Positions 46,541 to 61,711 of a stretch of DNA of 64,000 bases are shown piece after piece (positions within the stretch are counted from its first letter, which is position 1; the number at the start of each line of letters is the position of its first letter). The position numbers were made by a program, and so were the translations under genes. The notes below the pieces were generated by a model that was not told the DNA's origin, did no database searches, and was given only the letters and a program-made list of their open reading frames with translations. Source of the stretch: the human T2T-CHM13v2.0 reference genome, Homo sapiens; NCBI RefSeq assembly GCF_009914755.1, contig NC_060935.1, one strand, 5' to 3'.

Positions 46541-47557
46541 ATGGGGAAAAAACAGAATAGAAAAACTGGAAACTCTAAAAAGCAGAGCACCTCTCCTCCT
46601 CCAAAGGAACGCAGCTCCTCACCAGCAACAGAACAAAGCTGGATGGAGAATGCCTTTGACGAGTTGAGAGAAGAAGGCTTCAGACAATCAAACTACTATG
46701 AGCTACAGGAGGAAATTCAAACCAATGGCAAAGAAGTTAAAAACTTTGAAAAAAAATTAGATGAATGGATACCTAGAATAACCAATACAGAGAAGTCCTT
46801 AAAGGACCTGACAGAGCTGAAAGCCAAGGCTCAAGAACTACGTGAAGAACCCAGAAGCCTCAGGAGCCAATGTGATCAACTGGAAGAAAGGGTATCAGCG
46901 ATGGAAGATGAAATGAATGAAATGAAGTGAGAAGGGAAGTTTAGAGAAAAAAGAATAAAGAGAAATGAACAAAGCCTCCAAGAAATATGGGACTATGTGA
47001 AAAGACCAAATCTACGTCTCATTGGTGTACCTGAAAGTGACAGGGAGAATGGAACCAAGTTGGAAAACACTCTGCAGGATATTATCCAGGAGAACTTCCC
47101 CAATTTAGCAAGGCAGGCCGACATTCAGATTCAGGAAATACAGAGACCACCACAAAGATACTCCTCGAGAAGAGCAACTCCAAGACACATAATTGACAGA
47201 TTCACCAAAGTTGAAATGAAGGAAAAAATGTTAAGGGCAGCCAGAGAGAAAGGTCAGGTTACCCACAAAGGAAAGCCCATCAGACTAACAGCGGATCTCT
47301 CAGCAGAAACTCTACAAGCCAGAAGAGAGTGGGGGCTAATATTCAACATTCTTAAAGAAAAGAATTTTCAACCCAGAATTTCATATCCAGCCAATCTAAG
47401 CTTCATAAGTGAAGGAGATATAAAATACTTTACAGACAAGCGAATGCTGAGAGATTTTTTCACCACCAGACCTGCCCTAAAAGAGCTCCTGAAGGAAGCA
47501 CTAAACATGGAAAGGAACAACTGGTACCAGCCACTGCAAAAACATGCCAAATTGTAA
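46541..47557 (+). pseudogene. L1 ORF1p, 338-codon frame with a single premature TGA at 46928-46930
   Basis: MGKKQNRKTGNSK...PLQKHAKL; the 1017-nt frame is conserved; the stop is consistent with CGA>TGA CpG decay. Confidence 0.9.
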
Positions 47558-47620
47558 AGACCATCAAGGCTAGGAAGAAACTGCATCAAGTAACGAGCAA
47601 AATAACCAGCTAATATCATA

Positions 47621-50613
<2,993 letters not shown>

Positions 50614-52169
50614 ACGATGAGAACACATGGACACAGGAAGGAGAACATCACACTCTGGAGACTGTTGTGGGGTGGGGGGATGGATAGCATTAGGAGATAT
50701 ACCTAATGCTAAATGACGAGTTAATGGGTGCAGCACACCAACATGGTACATGTATACATATGTAACAAACCTGCATATTGTGCACATGTACCCTAAAACT
50801 TAAAGTATAATAATAATTTAAAAAAAAGAATAAAGGAAAAATTTTGAGTTCAGCATTGATCGTAAGTTGGAGATGCCTGCTAAGAAGGCCAAGTGCCTCC
50901 ATCAAGTCAGTTGTTTGATTACAGTCTGGCGGGAGGTATTTAGAAATAAGAATTTGGAAATAACCAACAATTTTTTTGTATTAACTAGGCCATTTAAAAC
51001 ATTACTCCATTCCTACTGACCACCAGATTCCAACTTTTAAAGTAGGTTTCTTTATATTTTCTACTAGTTTAGTAACTCTGAATCTGGGCAAGTTTCCTGG
51101 AGAAGTTGATCCTTGAGCTTCAGTTGAAAGAGGAGACGTGTATTTGGCAGATAGTTTTTATCCATGTGATCAGAATGATTTCAATAAGGTCTAAAAAGGA
51201 AAGTGAATCTCACACACTAAACCCTGCCTGCCATTTCTCTCTTTGTACCTTGGGATGGTGATACTTGCATAAAAAGAAAAAAAAGAAAAGAAAAAAAGAC
51301 TAAAAATTATTCCCAGAAGAGGAAACTAGAGAAAAAAATTGTTATTAGGATAAATAAAAAATTATCTGGACAAGTCTTCGGGTATTTTTACAGAGTAGGT
51401 GCTAGCAATGATAAATAATTGGCTAAAATATATTTTATTCCCCAATCAGGGAGAGATTTACTCTCAATAATGTAATATTTTGTGATATATATTTATTAAT
51501 TTTTATACAGCCAGCTGGGAAATTTTGTAGTATATATGCAGCTACAATGGAAGTTATTCTTAGGGAGAAGAAATTATCTGTATTCCATTTACAAACCTGA
51601 ACCTGTCTTGTACTTAACAGACATACATGGTTTCCTATATGACCACACCCTCTAATGAAAAAGTGCTGCCACCTTAACATTTAACTTAATGTATTGTGCT
51701 GGATTAAACCCAGAGAGATGCTTTATCCTAGGAACTAATACGTATTTTTGGCAGCAGTTTTATTTGTATGAGAAGAAACAGCAACTGAAAAGTATTATCA
51801 TCAACTGGGTGACTGTAACTGTATCATGAGATCTCATTTGACAACACCAGAGTTATAACAGCAGGAGGCTAATTCTGCAATCACAATTTAGGCAAAGCTC
51901 TAACAATGCAAGCTGCTCCATTCCACACAAATGGGAAAAGGAAGCTCTGTGAGGGATTTGGGGAAGAGAGAAAGGGTGGGCTGATTATTCCAACATACTA
52001 TAGAATAAAAAGTATTTCCTGAAAATCAGAAGCAGTCATTAAAGTTTTAATTCCAGAAAAAAAGAATGTTTCCCCCTGAGAAATCACTCCTCTGTGTATT
52101 CAATAACAAAAATTTAGTGCTCATGTGTGTTCCCTATTTCTGTTATTACCTTCCAGGTTAACTTAATTA

Positions 52170-52430
52170 AGAGGATGGGCACTGAAATTTGAGAAATGTA
52201 GATTTGAAGGCCACTTAGCTGCATGATCCTGGGCAACTTAGCCTTTCTAGTCCTCTGTTCTTCATTTGTAAAAGTAGGAAAATATTTGTATCTATTTCAG
52301 GTTGTTGAAAGGACTAAACAAGCTAAGGCCTGTAACGAAAATACTACTACAAATGTGGTCATGGCACATAGTACATGGCACATGGCACATATGATGTATA
52401 TAATATTATTATTGATAATGATAATAATTG
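52170..52430 (+). mobile_element. MIR SINE followed by an L2 fragment (~52440-52720)
   Basis: gccacttagctgcatgatcctgggcaactta...ttcatttgtaaaa. Confidence 0.65.
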
Positions 52431-53264
52431 TGTAGCTTATACAAGTCCCACTGAGTCTATTTTAAAAATGTCACATCCTCTCTTTTTGTTTCTATTTTAT
52501 CACCAAGACACCCATCACTTGACTGACCCTAGTAGCCTCTAATCTCTAAGCTTTCCCCTCTCTGCTTTATTTTGCACACAAATACCAAATTAATCTATTC
52601 AAAAACCTTTATTGGGGCCACAGTGTTCACAGAAAAGAGTCTAAACTCTTTACTTTGGCACTCAAGGCCTCCTGACCATGACCTTCCACTGTAAATGTTC
52701 TATCCTTGCCATGCATTGAAATTCCAGCCAGACTGAATGACACAGCCAAGCTGAAGCTTGATTGAGTTTCAGTTTACCAGAATGGTCAGGAGGGAACAAA
52801 GCCAGATGAAGAGTGTAAGCCTCACCTAGAGGAGAATGCCAAGTTTTAAAACTAGAGAAAAGCAGCCAATTCTGTGGTCAGGACCGAGGACTAATTTGAG
52901 GATCACAGATGAGAGATAAAGCCAAGAAGGTCCAGGAGGTATTAAAAGCAATCATAGTGGAATCAAACAACAAAGGCAGGGAGGCAGGAGGGTTTCAAAC
53001 TTTTTATGTGAATAGGGCTAGAATTGATAAAAAGTGTTTTTATTTGGTTCTACATTCTATATAAAGCTTAAATGTTAAATAGGGCTGGGAAAACATCACA
53101 TTGCATAAAACATCACCATCTGTAAAAATTAGCAAAAAAAAAATTTAGCAATAAGTGTTCATCACAGTTCATTTTTGTAAAATGAAACTTGAAGACCTTT
53201 ACGTAAGTAAAATTTACTAGGAGGAAAATACTGAACAATTAATATTGGTGCTTCCCTTTTATAT

Positions 53265-53470
53265 TAATTTGTATAGGTATACGTATTTATATGTTATATG
53301 TAATATGTGTTATACCTCTTTATGTATTACATAAATTGGCTTACATTTATACATATTTATTATCTTATATATGCTTCTATATGTATTATATGCATATTTA
53401 TGTTATATATGTTTGTTTGTATACATGCATATGCATATGAATACATGCATCTCTATGTATATATAAAAAT
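53265..53470. repeat. TA-rich low-complexity tract
   Basis: Direct reading. Confidence 0.75.
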
Positions 53471-53852
53471 TCCCAGAACAGTATATCCTGAAATATTCAC
53501 TGTAATCAAGAGTTGTATGGGATTACAGGCAATTCATTTTCTTCTTCCTTGTTCATAAGTATAAATTTTCTGAAGTGTGTTGAAACAATAACTGGGGTAA
53601 ATCAGCTGCTTAAGCCACTTAATTGGTCAGCAAAAATTTAGTGGTTGATCACTATGAAGTTTCCAAATACACAGTTTATATAACAGAATTAAAAAAAAAA
53701 AAACACACACACACACACAGACTAAGGGCCTGGGTTTCTGCCCTAGACTTTGGTCACTGGGTATTTGCATTTCTCCTGTAAGACTTTCACTCTCTGCTGA
53801 GAGCATTCAATTGACTAATCTTAGGTCATGTATCTTTGATTTGGCTCTCCAG

Positions 53853-54065
53853 AGGCCAACAAATATATGAAAAACAGCTCAATATCATTGATCATTACAG
53901 AAATACAAATCAAAACCAAATGAGATACCATCTCCCACCAGTCAGAATGGCTATTAAAAAGTCAAAAAAAAAGATCCTGGCGAGGTTGCAAAGAAAAGGC
54001 AATGCTTATGCACTGTTGGTGGCAGTGTAAATTAGTTTAACCATTGTGGAAAGTATACTGATTCT
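53853..54065 (+). mobile_element. Old L1 ORF2 C-terminal fragment
   Basis: Encodes MRYHLPPVRMAIKKSK, homologous to the ORF2p C-terminus. Confidence 0.8.
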
Positions 54066-56404
54066 TAAGCCAAATAGTTATAAATAAATGTGAGAAAATA
54101 AAAGACATTATGCTACCTACAAATTCAGATATACATCCTGTATGAGTATTAGCTTTCTTGAATATTTGTGCTCAGTATATTTTAGAGCACTTTTGTAGAC
54201 ATTGCTGCATTAGATTCTCAAGACATACCTTTACATATGGATGTGGAAGCCTGGATACAGAGATATTAAGGAATTTTGTCAATATCACAACGTGAAATTT
54301 CACAGCAGTGTAACTAGACAGAATGCAGATCTTCTTCCAAATAATATAGGGTCAAAGACAGTATATAGTACATTTAATTGCATGGGGATTTTTGTGTTTT
54401 TTAAGTTAAATGACAATTTACATTATATATTGAGAACATTTTAATCTGTTTATGAAGAATAATTAAACATTTTTAATGACACTAACTTATCTGCTATCAT
54501 TGAGCAATATCTCCGTTTTCTAACAAATAAAAGAAACCAAATCAAACAAATGAACAGGAGGAAAACAGGAAGGGAAGGAGGGAAGAGGACAAAGAAGGAA
54601 AGAAGGGAGTTGAAGAAGGGGGGAAACCTAGATCCTTTAAGCAGTAGAGATTTATTTTTAGACAAAAGAAGGTATTTTTCTTTCTTGTTTGCACATTTTC
54701 TTACAAAATACTACAATCCCCCAAATCCACTGCTAATATGACATTGGGGACTAATTAAAGTTATAAACCAAGAACTCTATAGAATGGATTGATAGGGCTT
54801 GGACTCAGGTGAATTGACAAACAAAAGAAAAACAATCAAAAACCATGTCTCCCCTGTTCCATTTAAAATGATTTATTCATTAAAGGATTCTAGATATGGA
54901 TTAACCTTCTCTGATTTTTTTTTGTCCCTGCCTTGAATCCAAAAGTGCTTTGATAAATGGATCAACAGCTATGCTGTTTCTAGCTGGTTTCACTTCTGTC
55001 TCTGTGTATTGGGCTATCATTCTGTTTTCTTAGTTCTGCTGTTTTATTACTCCTTTCAGTAATAATCCTTATTGAATTACAGCAATACCTATAGTACCTT
55101 CTAGAGTACAGAGAGCTCAATGTTTTTCCCCATTTTCTCTCAAGAGTAGAAAATGCCAGGGAGGAAAACCTGAGCTAGAGTCTGAAGCCAATTCTTTCAG
55201 TAACATTAAGACCAGCCTGAGGCTATCTATGCTGTGAATATGCTATGTGGGCTCCCTGAAGTGGATGTTGGGTCCATAAATAAAAACAATAAGCAAAACT
55301 TTCTGGTTTTCTGCTTGATGACTTTCCATCTTACGATTGTGTACATTCCACTCATCCTCTTGAGACCATTTCATTTGTTACCTCCTGACCCCCAACCTAT
55401 GCCCACATCAACTTCTCCTGCCTTTGAAGTCACGTATTATCTGTTCTATTCATTTGGCACTATCCTCACATTGCCTTGCATTGATATTTATATTTTTCTA
55501 TGAACATTTTTTTGTCCTTTTATCCAGGCTATCAGTGTAATTCACAGCCCACAAGAAAGAAACACACCTTCTTAAGCTGACTTCTGTATAAGGCTCGTGC
55601 TTCAGTGGTCCTCGGGATGACAATCATGACTTTGTCAGGTAAGGCTCACCTGTGTCTGTCTAAAACAATGTTCAGATAGATGCTTCAAGTCATGAGTTTA
55701 CGAAGACATAAACTGCACATAGAACAGCTGGTTATTCAGTAATTCAACCAGAGTTTATTGAATGCTTGCTCTGTACTAGGCATTGTTGACACAATTGTAG
55801 AAGATACAGCCCCTGCCCTCAAGGAACTCGGACTACTGAAAGTCAAATAAACAAAGGTTATGGTAGAGGATATGATCAAAGAGCATTCTGAAATCAGTCC
55901 CTAGAAGGAATTTACTATTCTGTGACTTATTAATAGTATGTAGTAAGGTCCTAATCTAGAATCCAGCATTCTTCTTAGCAAAGGGCTATTGAAAAGCAAA
56001 CCCTTAACCCAGAAACATTTTCATCTTGTTGAGGCATCCTCCTAGTTATGTTTAATTTTTTGTCTTGCCCTCATGTGAAGCCCATGCTGGGCTTCACAGG
56101 GATGTCATTTTCTTACATCAAGGCCCTTACTGAAATTACAGCAATATCTTTCAACTCCATTAAAATGTCCAAAGTTGAGATTTATAAAAGCTTTAAAAAT
56201 CTTATTTTAAAATAAGATTTTTAAAGCTTTTGCTCATTAAATCACACAGTTGGTAAAATGACTGACTTGCAAGGACCAGATTTTCTCTTTGTGTAGTGCT
56301 AGGCCTCCATGTCTCTCCCACAGCACTCTGAACTGGTTAGGAAGGAGTTTATCACCCCTAGTCTCAGAAAAAAAAAAAAATCTATCTTTCTTCTGAAAAT
56401 ATGT

Positions 56405-56615
56405 ATTGTTTTTTGTTTTTGAGGCAGGATCTCATTCTGCTGCCCAAGCTGGAGTGCATTGGTGCAATCTTGGCTCACTGCAGACTTGACTTCCTAGGCC
56501 CAAGTGATCTTCCCACCTCAGCCTGAGTAGCCAGGGCAACAGATGCATGCCACAGTGCCCAGCTAATGTTGTTTATTTCTTGTAGAGAGGAGGTCTCACC
56601 ATGTAGTCCAGGCTT
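56405..56615 (-). mobile_element. AluJ-like element, 5'-truncated
   Basis: tgaggcaggatctcattctgctgcccaagctggagtgca...caagtgatcttcccacctcagcc. Confidence 0.85.
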
Positions 56616-57484
56616 ATTGTTGTTTCTTAATTTAAATAAAAAGGAAGGAAGGAAGGAGGAGGAAAGAGGAAGAATGGAAGGCGTGCAAGGAATAAAAATA
56701 ATTGAAGAGCCTCTCGTTTGGGTGTGTTTTCTATTCTGACATTTTCTAGTATCTTCTTCCCTCATTATCTCTACCAATGACAGATTAGTGTTTCTTAACC
56801 AGAATACTCTGGCAGTAACAAGTGAGTTTTAAAATAGGTTATGGTAATTTTTGGCCTTTTTTCTGGAAAGAAGTTAGCTTGTGAAGAAATGTTTTAAAGA
56901 AAATTAAAAATCCAGCTATCATCCTAATCAGATCTTTAAATTGTTCTTTCATATAGGCTCTCAGCTCTGTAAATGGGTTGTATAGACATAGGCAATGGCC
57001 TTCCCATAATCCAGATCAAGCCCAGTATCCTGCATGCTTCCCAGGGTTACTCTCTAGAACTATACTGGAGTTGCAATTCCCTGAAACCGCCTTGTCTATC
57101 AAGGGAAAATGCATCCTGGTGGATGTGTGGAGCCATACCTCAACACTCATAGTTGGTCCCCATCTCTGCAATGAGGAGAAAATGGACTGCTGGCCTGTCC
57201 TATTTTTCCATCCCTAATATCTCTGTGCTAGAAAAGACAGGGAAGTCTAAATAGATCTTGAAATTTGTGCTGAGCCCACAGTATTGGCCAGTATAGAATG
57301 AAACAGACTTATCTGGCAGATGAGTGCAAATAAGACTGTGTGTTAAAGGCCCCTGAGCCAAGCTAGCAGTATAAAATAGTATTAGTTTAATAATTTACAA
57401 CAATCATCATAGTATTTCACATTTGTGTATTACTTCGAATTTTACAGTATCTTTAGCACATTATTACTTTTAATTGTGCATGAG

Positions 57485-58340
57485 CCAGAATGAAGTTGTG
57501 GAAAGAACTGTGAAACTAGTCAAACCCAGGTCTAAGTTCCAGTATTGCCAATTATTAGCTGTGTGACTTTGTGGCAATTACTTAACCTCTCTGAGCCTTG
57601 GTTTATCATGGGGAAAATATCTAAGGCTCCTGTGAGGATTAAATGGTTAATATACATAAAGTCTGTAGGCACATTACTGGGCAATGTGTTATATATGCTC
57701 ACTCTAGCGTCCCTCAGGATTTAGCTTGAGGCAGGAAGAGGAGAATGGAGAATGAGGAAAGGTGGGAAAGAGGAGTGGGAGAAGAAGAAAATAAGCTAAC
57801 CCAGCTAATAAAATATAATACTTTCATTAGCAGAATGCTCACCATCGGTGGTGAATGCTATGACTTTTTGCGTATTGTCTAATTTACTCTTGTAGCAATC
57901 CTGTAAAATATTCTCAATTTGCATGTATGAACAGGGAATGAAATTTAAGTAACTTGCATAAAGTCACACAGATAAGCAGATAAGCCAGTGCTTAAATCCA
58001 TATCCATCTGAACCAAAAACCCATGGTGATAACAATGTTTCCACCCAGAATTTACCACATTCCTCTAAAATTCTATGGGCCATGGAAACACAGAGCTCTT
58101 CTAGTAGAATGTTAAAATAAAACAAAATATTTTACTTTATACAGAAATATAAAGTAAGCAATTGTGTTTTGCGTACATGGGCTTATTCTAACTATTACAA
58201 AAAGCAGGGCTCATTTTCTCATGCTATAGATAAAATACGGAAGGTGACTGTAAATTAGCTCAACCTCACATATGTAAGTGGTAAAGGTAGGATTCGAACC
58301 CTGAGACTCTGACTCCAGACCAAGGCTTTTCTCACAAACA
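57485..58340. mobile_element. Three MIR copies (+ 57485-57700; - 57800-58050; - 58210-58340)
   Basis: agctgtgtgactttg...acttaacctctctgagcc; aagtaacttgcataaagtcacacag; ggattcgaaccc...tctgactccaga. Confidence 0.7.
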
Positions 58341-59829
58341 CATTACCTATCTAGCAAGGTGAGGTAGACCTGCTTCTGATGAAATAGGTTTGCCTATCAT
58401 GAGAGGAATTTCGACTAGTTGATTGATTTATCAGAAATCCCATCAGCATGACTTTATTCCTGTTTCCACTTACACACAATTGAACTATTGATTTCGACTG
58501 CATGAAAAGATCTCAGATAACTAAATGTCCTCTGGCCAGCAAGGATCCTTGAAGAAGAGAAATACTGAATGTCTATAGCACCTATCACCATATGTTTAAC
58601 TAAAATAGTATCAAAACCAATCATTTTTCCAATATTACAGAAGTGTGTGTAATGTGTGTATATGTTCACATGCATTCCAGGACTGAGAAGTAATGATATG
58701 GAAAGTGGAGAGTATTATTTCTCAGAGAAAAAAATAACTTTTAGAGAGATACGTTTTATTCAAAGGTGCCAGTTTCAGGTGCCCTAGACACAGCCATCCC
58801 TGGACCAAGTTAAGACGTTGGTCCCATCTCTCACCTTACATGTCCCCATACTCTTGTCAGCTTCCTTCCTTCCTTCCTTCCAGTGCCCATGTTCTGCTGT
58901 CCCACTGAAGCATATTTATTCACCTTTCACCTACATAGGTATCTTTATGGCTCACAGGAAGAATGCCTTTCCAAGGAATCCAGTATCTTTCCTTCTTTTC
59001 TAATTTTTGCCATTTCTGTTCTGCTCTCCAGTCCCTATATTCTGCTAATGGACAGTACACACTGTCTTTCATTTGCCCTCCAGATCCCTGGGTCTCTTTG
59101 CCCTTGACCTCCTTACCCTCTAACCTAGGTGGCTAATCTGTGTGGCCTATTTCAACATGTAACTTTTCCCTTGGGTTTCTAATTGGTTTGGCCAGTGGAG
59201 AGCTCCATCAGAATACTAAAAGGAATGGAGAGAAATCTGGATTCCTGCTTCCTCCCCAGAAGGCATCTTTGTGCTGGCTCCATCTTTTAGTTGAAGGCTA
59301 AGGGGACTGATTGTTCCTATCAAGGGGTCCTGTCTCTATGATGCTCTCCTTTAGGTTCTGGAAACCACTCCCCTATGTTCTTTTAGAGTTATGGTGATAT
59401 AAGCTTCTCTGCTTTTACCTGTCTTGGGTACTATCTCTCATGGTTTCACTTTATTCTGCACAAATTTTTGCTAATAGGTCTTCAATTACATCCTCTTTAA
59501 CCCATTTTGAGTATTTATTTTCTGCAGATACCCTAATATATGTACTAACTAGCTTTTATATACTATCTTAAAAGTCTCAATCTGTCACTATTGTTATACC
59601 AATGGCCCAAACTGAGACCCTCTAGGCTATTGCAACACTCAGCTAGTTTCTTGAGTCAACCCTTACAGTTTATCATCTACCCAGCAGCCAGAGCACCTTT
59701 TCCAAATTACAAATCTGACATTTTTTAGACTTTAGTGATGTCCCATCTCCTCTCAGTTAAAATCCATGTATCTTAGCATACAAGGCCACACATCTACTTT
59801 ATATCTTCCTCTGCTTTCCGCTTCTCCTG

Positions 59830-60300
59830 CCCTTAGTCTGAACTCCCCCACTCACTTACAAAGCAGACCCTGAAACAATGACTTGGGTGAATGTAATTTA
59901 TTTGGGAGATGATACTAGGAGATGGGAGAAAGAAGGCTAGGAAAGTAAGAAAAGACAATAAAATGTACATTAAAAAGCCAGACAGCTGGAGTTCAGTTTT
60001 GCTGGTTCATTTTTGTACAACTGTGGAGACTGTGCTTTAGAATTTCCCCACCAATGAACCAAGGAGCAAAAACATTAACCACTGATTCTCATCTCCCACT
60101 GGTTGAGAGTTGCTCCTGGGGTTAACTCTCCCATTTTTCCTAGCAGCACCTTTCTGCACTTGAGCAAACTGTCCTGGTGCCAGAGAAAGTCTCCCAGCAG
60201 AGCAGCAGACTCAGGTGCTTCAGTTGAGAAATTATGTACAACAGCTTCAGGTGAACTCAGAGATGAACTCAGGATATGGACTGGTATATTAATAGCATCT
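59830..60300 (-). mobile_element. LTR16-like ERVL LTR
   Basis: aagcagaccctgaaacaatgacttgggtg...tttatttgggagatgat. Confidence 0.5.
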
Positions 60301-61711
60301 GCTATACCCAATCTGCCTGCTATTCATGTCACAACATATCCTGTATGCTAGGTATGCCTAATTATTTCCTGCTTCGTGCACTTTCACCTCTCGAAGAACA
60401 TTTGCATTCCATTCCTTCAATCAGGAAGCTCTCTACTCCCACTTCTTTCGCATGCAACTCCCAAAGCCCAGCTGAAACATTACCTAGAGCAATACTCCAG
60501 AGAGAACAATTTGTTTTATTCTGAATTCCTAGATCATTGGTTTACATTTTATAATTTATACACATAAATTATTAAACATATTTATTCCCTACCATATTTA
60601 ATAAGAGCCTCAATTCTATATCTGAAAAATTAAAATGACACATATTTCATAGTGTTAAAACTTAAATGAAATTGTGTGTATAGAGTGTCCAAAACAATAT
60701 TTGGCCCATAGTAGATGCTCCAGAACTTTTAATTCCCATTATTCTATCTAACCCTTTTCCATATTTTCATCTTTGATTCTCAAATAACTAACACAATTCC
60801 CAGCATATAATAAGCTCTCACACAATATGAATGTCTCAATAACATTAAATTACCATCACCATAATCCACATAACACCTCTGTTATAATAAGCAAGTCAAG
60901 GAACAATGGATCTTTAAAAACAACTTTAAAATTTAAAACTATAGGAAAACAAAAGTTTTGTATGACCAAAAAGAAAACATTGTGTCATTAGCATTATTGC
61001 TCCCACCAATACATTGCAGTATTGGTTAGAAACTCCTCCATTAAAAATTTCAAATAGCTGTAATAATGATAGGAAATTGGATCCCAGGAGTTCTGAAATG
61101 ACCCAACCTTAGGTGAATTGTTTAAAATGAATTTTTTTATAAAGCTCATAGTTCCAAATACCTACTTCCCCCTTCTTCTGAGAATCAATTTCAAGTGCAG
61201 TATGGCTTAACTAAAATAGCATAAACTGTATAGCTCTTATTGAGTTTCCTTTGCCCTAGGAGTAAGACGAATTGACATGGCCTTTGAAAAAAAAACTAGC
61301 ATTTCAAGGAAAAGGTTTCATTAGAAATAAGATGTGACTCAAGGGCCTTAAAACTTCTTAGAAGAGGAAAACCAAAAAAGCTTGGGGAAGGCTGCAAGAG
61401 TCACTTTATTTAAAATGTCACACCAGTAGTTTAAAAGTCATGGCAACCCGACTGCACTCTCAGTGTGGACTGTGAGGCCTCTGCTGCACTCACCTGCTGG
61501 GATATAAACAGATTCCCTGTAGCTCCCTGGGAAACAATTTGTTTCAGTGGTGAATATAAACTGGTTTTAGGGGGCCTAGGTCCTTGTTAAATGAAAGAAT
61601 TAGTGACTGAAATTATGGCAGTAAGAAAATCATTCTTGGCCTCAGTTTCTTTGCATATTTAAGGAGAAGGTTAGAGGATGATGCATATTCTCAATTCTAA
61701 AATTTAAATTT

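Noticed and set aside
58360-58395. Imperfect hairpin (possible miRNA or MITE)
   Set aside because: Short, several mismatches and no supporting context.
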